Shown here piece by piece: positions 47,445-49,012 of a DNA stretch of 49,012 nt (positions within the stretch are counted from its first letter, which is position 1; each line of letters starts with the position of its first letter). The notes under the pieces were generated by a model. The model did no database searches. It was not told the origin of the DNA and saw only the letters and a list, made by a program, of their open reading frames with translations. This DNA comes from an uncultured Thiobacillus sp. (GTDB lineage Bacteria; Pseudomonadota; Gammaproteobacteria; Burkholderiales; Thiobacillaceae): positions 1-49,012 of the forward strand of contig CAZOVQ010000001.1 of the NCBI GenBank assembly GCA_964583195.1, in the 5' to 3' direction. The position numbers were made by a program, and so were the translations under genes.

Positions 47445-48037
47445 GGCGCGGAAAAATCGGGCAGGAAAACTTCGGTGACGAGCAGTCTCGCGCCGCGCAG
47501 GCAGAACGTGGAGCGGCGCGCCCACAGCGTGCGCGCGCCGATGCCTGCGTGGCGCCGTGCGGCGCGATACAGCGGATGTCGCGCATCGAGCCGCCGGCTG
47601 CTGAGCGCCAGCCGGCGGATACGCGGATCGGCGAACAGCGCCTCGCCCAGCGGCCGCGTTCCCAGCCCGGCGACGCCACGCCAGGCACCGCGCAGGTTGG
47701 CGCGCGACAGCACGCTATGGGCGAACACGCGCGCCTTGCCATCGCCCAGCAGCAGCACTTCGCGCACATACGCGCGTGCGCCGGGCGCAAGCCCGAGCAG
47801 CCGGGCTTCGTCGGCGATGGGCGCGGCGAGACCACGGAAAACCGGACATACCCCGAAATCCGCGTGACGGGCCTTCAGGCGGCCGGTGAGCGAGGCACGG
47901 TCCGACAGCGCGCCACGCAACGCGCGCGGCGCCCGAAACGGATGCGTGAGCCAGCCCTGGCGCAAGGCGGTTTGCCCGGGCACGGCACATTGCGCCGCAT
48001 GGCGGGCACAATCCGGAGTGAATGGGGCGGCGTTCAT
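47441..48037 (-). CDS. ubiC: Chorismate pyruvate-lyase
   Basis: [41 protein letters not shown]. Confidence 0.92.
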   Translation of the reverse strand: MNAAPFTPDCARHAAQCAVPGQTALRQGWLTHPFRAPRALRGALSDRASLTGRLKARHADFGVCPVFRGLAAPIADEARLLGLAPGARAYVREVLLLGDGKARVFAHSVLSRANLRGAWRGVAGLGTRPLGEALFADPRIRRLALSSRRLDARHPLYRAARRHAGIGARTLWARRSTFCLRGARLLVTEVFLPDFSAP

Positions 48038-48123
48038 CCGGCGATTATGCCAAAGCGGCACGCGCACTCGGACAGTGCTAGCATGGCAAGCGGCATTCGG
48101 CCGATATTCGAGGAGAGGAGCGT

Positions 48124-48996
48124 ATGCGTTCGCGTCTGCTGCACGCGGTGGCTCTGGCGTGCGCGCTGGGTCTGCTGGCGGGGTGTTCGACCGGCCGGCT
48201 GGTCGCGCGCGGTGCGGCGCCGCTGATCGATTCGGGGATGACGGCGATGAACCGGGAAACCGACGTCGAGCTGGCACGCGCAAGTCTGCCCGCCAACCTC
48301 AAGCTGCTCGACGGCCTGCTGCTTGCAGACCCGGGCAACGGCGCCTACCGTGTGCAGGCAGCCATGGGCTATCACGGCTACGCACTCGGTTTTGTCGAGG
48401 CAGACGACCCGGAACGCGCCGCCGCCCTGTATCGCCGTGCGCGCGACCACGCCCTGGCTGCACTTGAATCGTCGGGGGTGTCGCAGGCGGCGCTCGCCGG
48501 CGACACGGACGGACTCGGCAAGGCGCTCGCCGCGCTCGATGCGCGCGCGGTGCCGGCGCTCTTCTGGGCGGCGTCGGCCTGGGGCAAATGGATAGAACTG
48601 CAACTTCACGACCCCGCTCGCATCGACGAACTGCCGCGCGTCGAGGCCATGATGCGTCGCGTGCTTGAACTCGACGAAGCCTATTATCACGGCGGGCCGC
48701 ATGTTTTCTTTGGCGTCTACTACGGTTCGCGCGCGCCGATGTTCGGCGGCGACCCCGCTCGTGCGGCGCGGCATTTCGCGCGCGCGGCGGAAATCTCCCG
48801 CGGCGGATTCCTGATGACCGAAGTGTATCTTGCGCGTTACCTGCTGCGGCAAACCGGGGATCGCGCGGGCTTTCACGCCGCCTTGCAGGGTGTGCTCGAT
48901 GCGCCCGCCGCCGCCGATCCCGATCTCAATCTCGCCAACGCGCTGGCGCGCCAGGAAGCGCGCCGCCTGCTTGCCCTGGAGGAAGAATGGTTCTGA
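48124..48996 (+). CDS. TRAP-associated TatT-family lipoprotein
   Basis: Lipobox LAGC, ETDVELARASLPANLKLLDGL, LELDEAYYHGG, GGDPARA; strong RBS AGGAG. Confidence 0.75.
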   Translation: MRSRLLHAVALACALGLLAGCSTGRLVARGAAPLIDSGMTAMNRETDVELARASLPANLKLLDGLLLADPGNGAYRVQAAMGYHGYALGFVEADDPERAAALYRRARDHALAALESSGVSQAALAGDTDGLGKALAALDARAVPALFWAASAWGKWIELQLHDPARIDELPRVEAMMRRVLELDEAYYHGGPHVFFGVYYGSRAPMFGGDPARAARHFARAAEISRGGFLMTEVYLARYLLRQTGDRAGFHAALQGVLDAPAAADPDLNLANALARQEARRLLALEEEWF

Positions 48997-49012
48997 TACG
49001 AACAATATCGGC

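Noticed and set aside
1..49012. CRISPR arrays, tRNA/rRNA genes, transposases, integrases, prophage genes
   Set aside because: None recognised by eye; intergenic gaps are short and lack regular repeat-spacer or cloverleaf patterns. No covariance search was run.

Overview
GC-rich betaproteobacterial DNA, Thiobacillus-like by gene content (inference, no search run). About 0.6-39.2 kb is one PEP-CTERM/exosortase A (XrtA)-associated exopolysaccharide/glycosylation locus. It has Wza-like export, chain-length and Tyr-autokinase genes, an OM beta-barrel, an AAA ATPase, wecB, two deacetylases, a FemAB-like protein, xrtA-EpsI, several glycosyltransferases, an O-ligase and a flippase. It also has an unusually rich tailoring module: a complete AsnB amidotransferase, a Cys-less AsnB-like ligase, a CapK-like ligase, an amino-acid-type adenylation enzyme, a BtrK/LysA-fold decarboxylase, tandem acyl carrier proteins with an NSL motif, two atypical alpha/beta-hydrolases, an ATP-grasp/LMW-PTP fusion, a sulfotransferase-like protein, two methyltransferases and an exported TPR protein. 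Three sigma54 promoters, two with TGT-N10-ACA enhancer-like boxes, are visible. The last 10 kb is housekeeping (aroB, dgt, hemW, rdgB, rph, birA, coaX, SPOR protein, ubiA, ubiC, TatT-like lipoprotein). hemW carries an in-frame palindromic-repeat insertion and ubiA is frameshifted. The best candidate for an uncharacterised system is a carrier-protein-dependent aminoacyl-tailoring pathway for the XrtA-linked glycan. TIGRFAM labels are recalled from motifs and gene order, not from an HMM run.
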